Assembly: GCA_965226555.1 (NCBI GenBank) | Contig: CBDDDG010000014.1 | Location: 192,001-256,000, forward strand | Length of the DNA stretch: 64,000 bases | Reading direction: 5' to 3' | DNA from: Salinispira sp. | GTDB taxonomy: Bacteria; Spirochaetota; Spirochaetia; DSM-27196; Salinispiraceae | Shown here: positions 30,461 to 40,894 of the stretch, in pieces | Numbering within the stretch: the first letter of the stretch is position 1 | How the letters are laid out: each line of letters begins with the position of its first letter | Position numbers and translations under genes: made by a program | Notes under the pieces: generated by a model | Told to the model about the DNA's origin: nothing | Seen by the model: only the letters and a program-made list of their open reading frames with translations | Database searches by the model: none

Positions 30461-30563
30461 TTTTGCATTAATAAAGTTTTTCCTTTAGGAAAAACTTTCC
30501 ATACCTTGAAAGAACCCTCATTGGAAAATTGTGCAGAGCACAATTTTCAGTAGCAAAAGTTTC
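30461..30563. repeat. Hairpin repeat cluster at the edge of the R-M island
   Basis: AAAGTTTTTCC-TTTA-GGAAAAACTTT and GAAAATTGTGC-AGA-GCACAATTTTC. Confidence 0.8.
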
Positions 30564-30606
30564 CAAGACAAAAATTATAGCATACGCGGATAAAGGTCAA
30601 GGTTCT

Positions 30607-33600
30607 TTAATAATGCTCCCGTATGTAATTGAAAGCCTTCTCAAAGAGTTTCTCGTCTTTATGGAGCCGGCACTTGTGAAGCGCTTGCCGGAGCACCTTC
30701 TGAATTTCCCTTTGTCCGACATGCGTGTTCTGCCAGCCATCGAAGCGGGTGACCTGAACTATATTGTCTATATTTTCAACCACAGTGGCGATGATCTGCG
30801 GGGTGGTGTCGGTTCTGAACTCAAGGAATATTTCGGTCAGGGCATGTTTGTCATCTGAAACAACTTCTTTGTGGGTCTCGTTCTCAAGGCGAACAATAGT
30901 GCGGGCAGCGTCAAGAAGTCTCTTTAGCCAATCGATACCGCTCAATACGCCCGCTTCATATTCATTCTTAAGACGTTCAAGGCGCCTCCCCAACTCTTCA
31001 AAGCGCGGATCATTCACTGAACGAATTTTTGCCATAATGGACAAATTCAGTTTTTTTGCCCTTCTTTTTTGCTCATTCTCGGTCAGTTCAAGTGAGGCCT
31101 GCGCATCTATAATGAGCCCATCAATATCATTTCGAATTCGATCAATTTCAGTGTTCTCATTGATCAGTTTGATGGTTTCCGGCCCAAGCGATGCCCAAAG
31201 CAGGGCGCCCAATCCGCCGACAGGCCGTACTGACTCATAGACCTGCGCCAGCCAACGATAGTCCTTTCGGAAGGGAGCCAAATAGGAATCGGGAGAAATG
31301 GCTTCCCAAAAGTGTTTCGCGACATTGAACTGCGCCGCAAAGGCATCCTTTTTTTCATTGCCGACCAAACAATCCTGCGCCGCAATGAGCCCTTCATAGC
31401 CTTCAATGCTCCGATCCACTCCCGGGAAATACTCCAGACACTTTTCAATGGCTTCGGGGAACAGCGTTTTAAATGTCTCAATACTCTCCACCACACCTTC
31501 AATTTCTTTCGGATCGTAGTTCAGCGCCTGAGCGATATTTTCAAACACTCCAAGGTAATCGATAATGAGGCCCCGGTTCTTGCTCGCATTGTATGGACGA
31601 TTTGTTCGGCATATTGCCTGAAGCAGAACATGATCGCGAAGGGGTTTGTCCAAATACATGCAGGAGCAGATCGGCGCGTCAAAACCGGTAAGGAGTTTTG
31701 CCGTAACAACAAGTATCTTCAAAGGATCGGAGGCATCGCGATAAGAATTGAGGACGCGCTCCTGAACTTCAGGGCTGGCGTCAATTCTCTGCCAGCGTTT
31801 GAAATCTTCTTTTTCGACAGGGAGTCCGAGGTCCTGCCATGTACGCCAGTCGGGCGCCATTTTTTTCGGTTTGCCGTTTTCATCGGTTTCTTTCTCAATG
31901 GCGCCCCCCGATATGCTCATGACCGCTTCAACAGCATGTTTGCCAAGGCGCTCGCGGAGAAGATAATACATCTGTACCACCGCATCTCGGTCATACACGA
32001 CGACAATGCCCTTAAATCGCTTCGGTTCCACATGGGTTCTGAAATGTTCCGCAATGTCATCGGCAATGGCAGCAATACGTTTGGGAGCCTTCAACAGGCG
32101 GGAAAGTTTTCCGGCTCTCTGAGAGACGGAGGCTTTTTCCTCTTCACTCAGCTTGTTGCGCTCTGCGAGTTCCTCAAATTCCTTGTCGATGGTTTCACGG
32201 TCTATGCGCAATTCAACCATGCGGGGTTCAAATTTAACCGGCAATGTTGCCCCATCGCGAATGGCCTGTCTATGGGTATAACGGTTGAGATATTTGCCCG
32301 TATCCTCCGCAGCGCCGAATAGTTTAAAGGTATTTCGCTCATAACCTGAAATGGGTGTGCCAGTCAGCCCGAAGAAAAAGGCATTTGGCAGCGCCCATCG
32401 CATTTTTTCTCCCAAACTGCCTTCCTGCGTGCGATGTGCTTCATCTACCAGAACAATAATGTTCGCTCGGGGGTTTAATCCATTGCTGTTGTGTTCATCA
32501 ATTTCCACTTCATCGAATTTGAAGATGGTTGTAATAAGAATTTGTCGGGAATCTTGTTTCAATTCCCTCGTAAGCGCCGCGCACGATTTCACCGGCGTAA
32601 CATTTTTGACAGCGGCATTGTTGAAAACAGAGTTTATCTGGCTGTCCAGATCAACCCGGTCGACCACAATAACAACTGTCGGATTTTTTAGTTCAGGATC
32701 GGCCTTGAGCATCTGCGCCACAAAAAGCATTAACAATGACTTTCCCGAACCCTGAAAATGCCAAATGAGGCCCTTGCGGGCATCCTGTGTTTTTACCCGC
32801 CGGACAATGTCCATGGCCGCTTCATACTGCGGATAGCGGGGCAGAATTTTGCTCCTGATGCTCGGTTTGCCTTCTCCCTGCTTTAGCGCCTGGAACACCA
32901 CAAACGATTGCAGAATTTCCAACAAGGTCTTCGGGCGCAGCAAACGTTCCGCGCTTTTCAATACGGTACGCATGTCCCGCGGTATTTCTTCCCGATCTTC
33001 GGTGCTGTACCACGGAGCCCAGTTTTTGAAGGGGGCGCCGATCGCTCCGTAATTGAAGGTCTTACCTTCCGAGGCAAAACAAAGCAGATTCGGCACAAAA
33101 AACGCCTTCTGATTTTCCCAGTACCATTTTTGCCCGCCCAGAAAATCTGCCGCGCCGTCCTGCCAACTAATGGCATCGCGCACCGGAGTCTTCACCTCAC
33201 CAACGACTATGGGCAATCCATTGACATAGAGCACCAGATCAAAGTAACAGTCGCTCGCGCCGGTAAACTGAACCTGCTGACTGAGCACAAAGTGGTTGTT
33301 ATGGGGGGTATTGAAATCGATTAGATGAATGGTAATGTGTTCACCATTCTTGCCAAGCGGCATGGATTCTCTGCCCAGCACCCAATTCTGAAATAGTTCA
33401 TTCGCCCGAACAAGCCCGCTGCCTCCGGCATTCAAAAGCAGGCCGCGCAGACGGTGAATTACTTCATCCGCCTTATCCGGATTCGCAGCCAGCGGTTTGT
33501 TCAATGCGCGCAGCGCGTCTTTCAGCCATGTTTCAACAAAAACATCCTGCGGCTGCCTTCCATACTGCGCCAGATTCCCGCCATGAACATAGTGCCATTT

Positions 33601-33744
33601 CAGGTCCTTCAGGTCCCTGTTGCCCGCGCGATACTCCGTCCCGCCTTCATTTGCCATTCCCGCGCCCGCATCGGCTATAACTGCTTTGCCAATGAGATGA
33701 TCCCGCAGCGCATTTTCAATGGTGTTTTGTTCATTAAAGTTCAT
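30607..33744 (-). CDS. hsdR: Type I restriction enzyme R subunit
   Basis: DLVLYVNGLP..GEVK, WHFQGSGKS, DEAHR, TGTP, TGFDAP, QAICRTNR. Confidence 0.95.
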   Translation of the reverse strand: MNFNEQNTIENALRDHLIGKAVIADAGAGMANEGGTEYRAGNRDLKDLKWHYVHGGNLAQYGRQPQDVFVETWLKDALRALNKPLAANPDKADEVIHRLRGLLLNAGGSGLVRANELFQNWVLGRESMPLGKNGEHITIHLIDFNTPHNNHFVLSQQVQFTGASDCYFDLVLYVNGLPIVVGEVKTPVRDAISWQDGAADFLGGQKWYWENQKAFFVPNLLCFASEGKTFNYGAIGAPFKNWAPWYSTEDREEIPRDMRTVLKSAERLLRPKTLLEILQSFVVFQALKQGEGKPSIRSKILPRYPQYEAAMDIVRRVKTQDARKGLIWHFQGSGKSLLMLFVAQMLKADPELKNPTVVIVVDRVDLDSQINSVFNNAAVKNVTPVKSCAALTRELKQDSRQILITTIFKFDEVEIDEHNSNGLNPRANIIVLVDEAHRTQEGSLGEKMRWALPNAFFFGLTGTPISGYERNTFKLFGAAEDTGKYLNRYTHRQAIRDGATLPVKFEPRMVELRIDRETIDKEFEELAERNKLSEEEKASVSQRAGKLSRLLKAPKRIAAIADDIAEHFRTHVEPKRFKGIVVVYDRDAVVQMYYLLRERLGKHAVEAVMSISGGAIEKETDENGKPKKMAPDWRTWQDLGLPVEKEDFKRWQRIDASPEVQERVLNSYRDASDPLKILVVTAKLLTGFDAPICSCMYLDKPLRDHVLLQAICRTNRPYNASKNRGLIIDYLGVFENIAQALNYDPKEIEGVVESIETFKTLFPEAIEKCLEYFPGVDRSIEGYEGLIAAQDCLVGNEKKDAFAAQFNVAKHFWEAISPDSYLAPFRKDYRWLAQVYESVRPVGGLGALLWASLGPETIKLINENTEIDRIRNDIDGLIIDAQASLELTENEQKRRAKKLNLSIMAKIRSVNDPRFEELGRRLERLKNEYEAGVLSGIDWLKRLLDAARTIVRLENETHKEVVSDDKHALTEIFLEFRTDTTPQIIATVVENIDNIVQVTRFDGWQNTHVGQREIQKVLRQALHKCRLHKDEKLFEKAFNYIREHY

Positions 33745-34979
33745 TAAAGTTCATTGACCCCCCGCTCCCGCGGCAGCGTAACTTTTACGTAGTCCTCGGT
33801 TGCTTCAATAATTGGGTCGCAGCCGTTGCGGGAGCGCATGAGCGGCAGCACCTTTGTTCGCAGCCCCATGCCCCTGTGGTCAACATAGCCGTAGTCGCGC
33901 ATAACTTCCATAATTATGGTATTTCGGGTGTATCGCTGTCCGGCAAGCATTTTTTCAACTGTCATGGAGTTCTGCAGGCTGCCCGGGCTAATGACTTCAA
34001 GCCTGTCGCTATACATACCAACCTCAATGTCGACAAACCGCGTCCAATCTCTGTGAACCAGAGCATTAACAAGCACTTCCCGCAGTGCTTCCACCGGATA
34101 AAAATAGGTTTTTTCCCGCCGAAGATTATCGACAAGTTCATGTGACTCCTCAGAAATAAAGGGGTCAATGCGCGACAGGGCGGTTTCAATGAGCCCCTCA
34201 TCGATCACGCGTCTTGCCCCATGAGAAACATCCCACCTGCCGACAAGCGGCGCATTGAGAATGACATCGAGCTCCGCGCGATATTCTTTGTCCGCGCTGT
34301 CAAAAGCAAATATCCTCAAACCGCTCTGCTTTACATAGCGCCGCGGGTTCTTGCCGAAAAGCAGCATTCCTGCCATCGTGCACATTCCATGAGCTTCTGT
34401 CAGAAAGTCCAGATTCGCTAGGCGATCTTCCCAATTATCATCGGTCAATGGAATGTCGGGATCCTTCACAATATCTTTCAGATAATTTTCGATGCGGGGT
34501 TTATCCAGATTATTTGATGATGAGCGCGGCACCGGCAGAATTTCCGTGTGAAGTATGCCACCCATCTCGTAGAGGCGCATGTGCTGCTCGCGGGTCGCAG
34601 GGCGCGAGATAGACCCCACGCGAATAAACACATCTTCCGCATTGTTATGACGCCGAACATAGGGCTTGGCATTGCCCTGTGGAAAGGTCAGCACGGCAAC
34701 GATGGTATTGTCGGCAACCCGTATTTCTTCATAGAATGGCAGAATCGTTGGATGAATTTTTTCCGATACGACATTCATAACCCACTCTTCCGTGTTTTCA
34801 CGTTGCAGTCCCGATATGGCGCCGTCATCATCAACTCCCAAAAGAATTCTGCCGCCCTGAAAATTGACCAGCGCCACAATCTCTTTCGCAAGCTGCTCAG
34901 TCCTGACATCATCTCGCGTAAACTCAATGCCGGAGTTTTCGCCATTCGCGATAATTTCAAGCAATTCCGTTTTGAGCAT
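33744..34979 (-). CDS. AlbA_2 (Schlafen-like) plus HATPase_c_4 protein (RecG-C-terminal-like)
   Basis: GENSGIEF, N-x-GGRILLGVDDDG, EALREVLVNALVHRDW, SPG, RN, GMG. Confidence 0.85.
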   Translation of the reverse strand: MLKTELLEIIANGENSGIEFTRDDVRTEQLAKEIVALVNFQGGRILLGVDDDGAISGLQRENTEEWVMNVVSEKIHPTILPFYEEIRVADNTIVAVLTFPQGNAKPYVRRHNNAEDVFIRVGSISRPATREQHMRLYEMGGILHTEILPVPRSSSNNLDKPRIENYLKDIVKDPDIPLTDDNWEDRLANLDFLTEAHGMCTMAGMLLFGKNPRRYVKQSGLRIFAFDSADKEYRAELDVILNAPLVGRWDVSHGARRVIDEGLIETALSRIDPFISEESHELVDNLRREKTYFYPVEALREVLVNALVHRDWTRFVDIEVGMYSDRLEVISPGSLQNSMTVEKMLAGQRYTRNTIIMEVMRDYGYVDHRGMGLRTKVLPLMRSRNGCDPIIEATEDYVKVTLPRERGVNEL

Positions 34980-35026
34980 GGTGGGTTCTCCTGTGGTTCA
35001 TATTGGGTGGATTAATTGCATGAAAA

Positions 35027-35410
35027 TTATTTTTTTTGAAAATTCATGGTTGGCAAAAGAATAGAACCAACATTGGCCTGAGCAGTATAGGTAGCAATAA
35101 GACTTCGCGCAAAGGGATACAGAATGGCAGGAGCATTGACCTCGGCTAAGGTTTGCAGCTTATCTTCTGAAAAATCATCATCAAGTTCAAACCTTCCTTT
35201 CAATTCCAGATAAAACGTGAAATTTTTTGACTTAGTTGTAATATTAATTTTTAATATAACATCTACGAACTTGGCGTGCTCCGGATCATATTGTTGTTCA
35301 ACATTAATATTCGGTTTGAGTGTTTCAGTTTCATTACCGAACGCATCTTTAATTTTGCATTTGACCTCTGGTACTTTATACCCTAAAAACTTGAAATTAC
35401 TATTTTTCAT
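35027..35410 (-). CDS. SecB-like chaperone (CmdC-like)
   Basis: NAPAILYPFARSLIATYT...LLPTMNF SecB signature. Confidence 0.8.
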   Translation of the reverse strand: MKNSNFKFLGYKVPEVKCKIKDAFGNETETLKPNINVEQQYDPEHAKFVDVILKINITTKSKNFTFYLELKGRFELDDDFSEDKLQTLAEVNAPAILYPFARSLIATYTAQANVGSILLPTMNFQKK

Positions 35411-35412
35411 TC

Positions 35413-35790
35413 TTATGCAGCCTCTGCCTCAATCCCTGAATTGATAAAAATTTCTGAATAGATAAAATTTATCGCAGCTTCAGGGATAGTTACCTCATGA
35501 TTTTTTGAGGATGCTTCCATCTGATAATTACTAGGTATATCTATAAAGGCCTCAGAAATAGTTATTTCATGATTCGTTGAGGGTGTTTCCATCTGATAAT
35601 TGTCAGATGCCCTTTTATTATCTATTGAAGATTGAAAAGCTACAGATGTATCATCGGAGTTGTACTTGGTACGCATTCGCTGTTTATTCTCAATTGCCAT
35701 TGCTTTTTTATAGAGACGATCATACTCAGAAACCGACATATTCCTGAAAGCTTCTAATACATCCTGTAATATTATGTCTGCTTTATCCAT
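35413..35790 (-). CDS. Putative antitoxin with a ChAD-like repeated tail (CmdA-like)
   Basis: Lies between ART and SecB-like genes; 24-aa repeat; ends in EAEAA. Confidence 0.55.
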   Translation of the reverse strand: MDKADIILQDVLEAFRNMSVSEYDRLYKKAMAIENKQRMRTKYNSDDTSVAFQSSIDNKRASDNYQMETPSTNHEITISEAFIDIPSNYQMEASSKNHEVTIPEAAINFIYSEIFINSGIEAEAA

Positions 35791-36330
35791 TTATTTGCTC
35801 CTAGATTTCAATTTGAGAAGTGTAATACACTGATATCGCCTCACACATACTTGAACCTGTGGTCTTCGAACGGTATAAGAATTATACGCTGATAACGTAG
35901 CACCATCAACAAATGCCCTGATAAAATCAATATCAAATCCTTTTTTCTCTATCGCCTCAACCATTTTGATATAAATGATATTCTCTGTAAACCCATTTGA
36001 ATTTTTATGCGATTCTGAATGTACGCGAATAGCTTCCTTTCTGATTACATTGAACTGCCTTCTTTTCCGACGAGAATTAACCAGATCAATATAGCAATTA
36101 CTTTGAATTTCAGCCTCAAAAACCGCCCAGTTGGGCCTGTGCCAAAAATTGCGCACCCAATCTTTTGCCTCTTTTTCTCCATCTGTTAACGGAGAAAGAG
36201 ATTCAAAGAAATATATTCCCTCTCCTAACCATTCATTCGATCCCGATGTCCATAATCCAGCCTTTTCTATCGATTCGATGTTTTCATCCGGGGTTCCATG
36301 GTAAGCGGTAATTAAAAGCATCTCCATCAT
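35791..36330 (-). CDS. Putative ADP-ribosyltransferase toxin (CmdT-like)
   Basis: YHGT, WLGEGIYFF, QVQVCVR, consistent with an ART fold. Confidence 0.65.
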   Translation of the reverse strand: MMEMLLITAYHGTPDENIESIEKAGLWTSGSNEWLGEGIYFFESLSPLTDGEKEAKDWVRNFWHRPNWAVFEAEIQSNCYIDLVNSRRKRRQFNVIRKEAIRVHSESHKNSNGFTENIIYIKMVEAIEKKGFDIDFIRAFVDGATLSAYNSYTVRRPQVQVCVRRYQCITLLKLKSRSK

Positions 36331-38112
36331 TTCCCGATAATCTCCCGCCGCGTAATGAGCACATCGGCCTTAATGAGTTCCCCGTCTTCTCCAATGTCAT
36401 TTCGCAATGTTGTGATCTTTTTCTGCGCCTTCGCAACCTCACCTTCCTGAATGAGTTTAAAAATATCTTTGATCTCCTTATCAATTTTTTTGGGGCGGGC
36501 GGTTTCATCCATAATATCTTCGAGTATGCGATCGGAGTTTTTTCCATAGGAATCGCTGACTGCGTGTTGAGTAATTGTCCCCTCGGTATTCTGTAATGCG
36601 AAAACCGATTCCGGCTTGAAGTGGCTAATTACCTGCGGCGAATGGGTTGTAATAAAGAATTGGCAGTTGGGGAATATTGCAGTGAGCTTCTGCGCAATAA
36701 TACGCTGCCATTTTGGGTGTAGGTGAAGGTCTATTTCATCTATTAAAATGACCCCTGCGCCAGCAAGCGGATTTTCCATGGTGGGATTAGCCATGGCCAG
36801 TCGTCTGGCAATGTCTCCAATGACGGCAATGAGGTTCTTTTCACCGTCCGAAAGCTGGTTCATGTCAAAAATTTCACCGGTTTTAGTCACTTCCATGCGG
36901 GGGCGAGGAATTCGTTTTACCTGAAGGTTTGTGTATTCAGGAATGAATGTTTCTATGGCCTGCCGGACAAAATGCAATTCTTTGCCTTCGGATTTTTTTG
37001 TGTGTTGTTCGGAAGTAATATCCTCTTGCACAATAGTACGAAGTTGAGCGGTAAACTTATCAAAGTATTCAGTATTCAGTTCCTTTAATGAATTGATATT
37101 TTGCCTCAGTAACATTTCCACCTTTCCTCTGCCGTCATAACTCATCCACCAGAATGAAAGGAGTATGGCAAAAGAGAATATTTCCCAAATAAGATGCAAT
37201 AGTGATCCTACTTCTTCATAAAATCGGTTTTCCTTAAACGATTCAGTTATCTTTTCAATTAATTGGAAGAAGGGTTTGTTGGCTTCAATTAAATCGTCCT
37301 GAGAATTTCTCGATAATATTGCCATTGTGCGAAACATAGATTCAATGTCATGGAATATTGCTCTATTTTGTGCTGATGATATCATTTCAAATGTATGCAT
37401 CACATTCGAAAAATATATGAGCAATAGGTAGGGCTCTACCAATATGCTATCTTTAATTATTTGCACAGTATCTTGAGCCATTTTTAATATACGTATGAAT
37501 TCATCTTTGTCATGGGTTTCATCTTCTGAAATTGACTTTTCAAATGAATCAAAAAAATCATTCATTCTTTGAAAAATGGTGTCTATCCTTTGTAATATCC
37601 ACTTTTTGTTTTGCTTCATCCATCTAGCTCTGGCCATTGCCTTCTCATTGAGTATGTCATCCTGATTACGAAACCATTCAAAAAATGTGTTAAAATTCGA
37701 TTTTTCACCTAATGCGTTTTCGTAAATGTCAAAGGCTGAAATAGGCTGCTTAGGAACATCCGGCGTAATGCGGTTTACTACCCGACTCACAGGATAGCTG
37801 GCAATGACGGGAAGGGTTGATGTATCGCTGTAGTGTTCGCGAATTACTGTTGCCAGCGCAGTTGCACCCGCATACGAGGCGGGTTCTCTTTTTACTCCCG
37901 TTACGGATATCGGATTCCGCAATTTGTGTGCCATTGGAACGATCCCATTGAATTCGCTTAACCAACCATGAAAGCGCAAGCGCCATGGAATCTAAAACCG
38001 ATGATTTTCCGGCGCCATTGATGCCGACAAAGAGATTGAGGTTGTCGTGAAATTCAAATGTTAGCTCTTCGAAGCCTCTGAAATTGTGTAATTCCAAGGT
38101 ATGTATTTTCAT
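36327..38112 (-). pseudogene. Second PtuA-like ABC/AAA ATPase, frameshifted near 37900
   Basis: Walker A GINGAGKSS in ORF 37750-38112; LSDGE, IDEIDLHLHP and THSP in ORF 36327-37979. Confidence 0.8.
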
Positions 38113-38729
38113 AATATATTGCTCCTACGCGCTACACACGCGACCGCCGAAACAAAGGGATTCAGCTCGCCATTTTGAGTGCGTTTAACATATGTACTAA
38201 CAAATTTTTTTAATTCAGTACGGTTAAGATCAGGATCAAGAACAATCTCAAAGGCTTTACTGCGCATGTTAATGAGCTTACGAATATTGAGCCCCAGTAT
38301 TGTAATAGTATCTTTGGCATTCTGGTCTAACCCAATAATTTCGCCAGCCGCAGTAAAAGTGAATTTCGATTGGCAGTCTGGTTGTAATGGGTGCACTGAA
38401 ATTTCATGAGCTTTTTTTGCGTGACCGCAATGACGTGGTTCTCCTTTTTCTGTATCTCTCAAACAGGAGCAGAGAAAATTTGAATAATCCAACCTATTTT
38501 TGTATTTCGGATCAAGGTGTTCTATATGGTAATCATGATGGGACTTGTCTTCTCTTAATTCCCGTTCACAGTAACAACAAATACCTCCCTGTTCGGTAAG
38601 AAGGGAGTCATAAACTGCTTTTTTTACATCACCCGATAACTTATCGTATGTCGGCTGCCAATCATCATTTTCCGAGGCCTTCCACTCAGTGAACTTCCTA
38701 GGTTCCCCCGTTTTTTCAATGTATCTCAT
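38109..38729 (-). CDS. PtuB-like HNH endonuclease (Septu/retron-effector type)
   Basis: EQGGICCYCE, HIEH, LDYSNFLCSC, HCGHAK, TITILGLN. Confidence 0.85.
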   Translation of the reverse strand: MRYIEKTGEPRKFTEWKASENDDWQPTYDKLSGDVKKAVYDSLLTEQGGICCYCERELREDKSHHDYHIEHLDPKYKNRLDYSNFLCSCLRDTEKGEPRHCGHAKKAHEISVHPLQPDCQSKFTFTAAGEIIGLDQNAKDTITILGLNIRKLINMRSKAFEIVLDPDLNRTELKKFVSTYVKRTQNGELNPFVSAVACVARRSNIL

Positions 38730-40552
38730 TTGCCGATAATCTCCCGCCGTGTAATGAGCACATCGGCTTTAATGAGTTCTCCATCTTCTCCAATGTCCTT
38801 TCGCAATGTTGTGATCTTTTCCTGCGCCTTCGCAACATCACCATTCTGAATGAGTTTAAAAATATCTTTGATCTCCTTATCAATTTTTTGGGGGCGGGCG
38901 GTTTCATCCATAATATCTTCGAGTATGCGATCGGAGTTTTTTCCATAGGAGTCATTTACAGAATGATTGGTAATTTCTCCGTTCTCATTTTTCAGCACAA
39001 TAATTGATTTTTCCTTTATGTGGCTGATTACCTGAGGAGAATGAGATGAAAGAATGAACTGACAGTTCGGAAACACTTTTGGAATTTGCTCCATCACACG
39101 GCGCTGCCATTTTGGGTGTAGGTGCAGGTCAATTTCATCAATAATAACAATGCCCGGTTCATTTAAGGGGGCATCGGAATGCGGATTTCCGATTATTAAA
39201 CGCCGTGCAATATCTCCAATGAGAGCAATTAAATTTTTCTCTCCGTCAGAAAGTTGCTCAAGGTCAAATTCTTTGCCGTTTTTATCGACCAGCATTTGCG
39301 TGAAACCAGGTTCAGTTCTGTTTATTCTGATATTTGTATATTCGGGGATAAATTTTTCAATTGCCTGAGAGATGTATTTCAGATTTTGTACAAATTCATT
39401 TTGTGCAGTGACATGTCTGGGAATTTCCTTTTTAAGAATGCGGTCTACTATAGCAATGATCTGATGCTTGAATTCATGATTCGGAGATTCAAAAACAGTA
39501 AAAAGTTCCTTTCTGAGCTCGGAATGAGCATCATCACTCAGCCACCATAAACCAATATCAAAAGCAAAAATAAACACTAACCGCATAATGTCAAATATTT
39601 TTTTATCTTTGATTTTTCTTTGTAATTGAATAGAGAAAACACGGTCAAGAATTTCGGGTAGATTGTCACGTAAGTCTTGCCCTTCACGTGATAGTATGTC
39701 TATTGTACGAAGCATAGAATTAAGTTCATTCGACATTGCTCTGATGCTCATTGATTCAATTTCGCTGATATCAAGAGATTGAATCACATCACTCAGTTCT
39801 CGAAAAAAAAGTCTGGGTTCATGAGCAAGGATATTAACCGATCTCATAGCTCTCATTTGTAATTTACGTTTATTTTTTTCTGCATGAGATCTGAATTTTT
39901 CAATTTCATCATAGATTTCAGAAATTCTTTGCCGCAATTGTGGATCATGGTTTTCAATCCAGCGGGTACGTGCCATTGCTTCGTGGTTGATAAAATCATT
40001 CTGTTCTTTAAACCACTTAAAAAAATTGTGGTAATTGGGTTTTCCTTCCAGTGCATTGTCATACACATCAAGGTTTTCACTATATTCGGTACGCATAAAA
40101 ATTGATGCATCGCTTGTTGCAACCACACGATTTACAGAATAAAAAACAATCAGCGGCAAAGATTTTTTCTCCATGTATTTTTGTTTCAATTGTTCGGAGA
40201 GAAGGGTTAACTTATCTTGATGCTGATCAGTTAAGGAGTTGTGACCGGGACGTGTTCGTTCAATGCTCCATGAAAATTTTTTACTTCCGTATTTTACATT
40301 AATTTGAATGCTGCACTGTTCTTTATGTGTATGTATGTCTGCAACCTGAATAATATCTTCACTGCTTTTTGAGTTATGAATTTTTCGAAGTAATGCAATA
40401 AGAGTATATGTAATTGCCTGAAGCACAGTCGATTTTCCAGCCCCGTTTATTCCCACAACTAAATTCATTTTGGGATGTAAATTGATGGCAAGGTTTTTTA
40501 TGCCCCTGAAATTATGACAATCAACTTTTGTTACATGCATATTGTTTTCCAT
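38726..40552 (-). CDS. PtuA-like ABC/AAA ATPase
   Basis: GINGAGKST, FFKWF, LSDGEK, IDEIDLHLHPKWQ, SHSPQV. Confidence 0.85.
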   Translation of the reverse strand: MENNMHVTKVDCHNFRGIKNLAINLHPKMNLVVGINGAGKSTVLQAITYTLIALLRKIHNSKSSEDIIQVADIHTHKEQCSIQINVKYGSKKFSWSIERTRPGHNSLTDQHQDKLTLLSEQLKQKYMEKKSLPLIVFYSVNRVVATSDASIFMRTEYSENLDVYDNALEGKPNYHNFFKWFKEQNDFINHEAMARTRWIENHDPQLRQRISEIYDEIEKFRSHAEKNKRKLQMRAMRSVNILAHEPRLFFRELSDVIQSLDISEIESMSIRAMSNELNSMLRTIDILSREGQDLRDNLPEILDRVFSIQLQRKIKDKKIFDIMRLVFIFAFDIGLWWLSDDAHSELRKELFTVFESPNHEFKHQIIAIVDRILKKEIPRHVTAQNEFVQNLKYISQAIEKFIPEYTNIRINRTEPGFTQMLVDKNGKEFDLEQLSDGEKNLIALIGDIARRLIIGNPHSDAPLNEPGIVIIDEIDLHLHPKWQRRVMEQIPKVFPNCQFILSSHSPQVISHIKEKSIIVLKNENGEITNHSVNDSYGKNSDRILEDIMDETARPQKIDKEIKDIFKLIQNGDVAKAQEKITTLRKDIGEDGELIKADVLITRREIIGK

Positions 40553-40558
40553 TATCCC

Positions 40559-40894
40559 TTAAAAATCCTTTGTGTCTAAAAAAGATTTTCCTGTTTGAGA
40601 CGCATTTCTCCATACTCTTTCAATGACCTCAGGTAAGGACATTATCTGAGGAAAAATCAAATTATAAAAATGTGAATGGTCCATTAAAATCATTGGAGTT
40701 CTATCTGCTGAAGCAATTTCTTTTGCATTTCCGGTGAAACCAGAAATTGACACCATTATACCCATTGTATTATCAGCTTTGCGCTTTATTTTACTCATAA
40801 AGCTATCAATGTCATCAGGGGCTACAGGTTTTTGAGTAAATTTTGTTTCTATCAAAAATGTAGTTCCATCTAATGTAATAGAATTACCGATCAT
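40559..40894 (-). pseudogene. Mrr-like restriction endonuclease C-terminal fragment
   Basis: SITLDGTTFLIETK, ISGFT; the upstream D-containing part appears to be missing. Confidence 0.6.

Noticed and set aside
31312..32322. Long antisense or alternate-frame ORFs (e.g. 31312-32322, 15333-16139, 60827-61726, 60798-61499)
   Set aside because: Shadows of well-supported genes or of repeat arrays, with no motifs of their own
36327..40552. Retron (Ec78/Ec83 type)
   Set aside because: PtuAB-like effectors are present, but there is no reverse transcriptase or msr-msd region in the window
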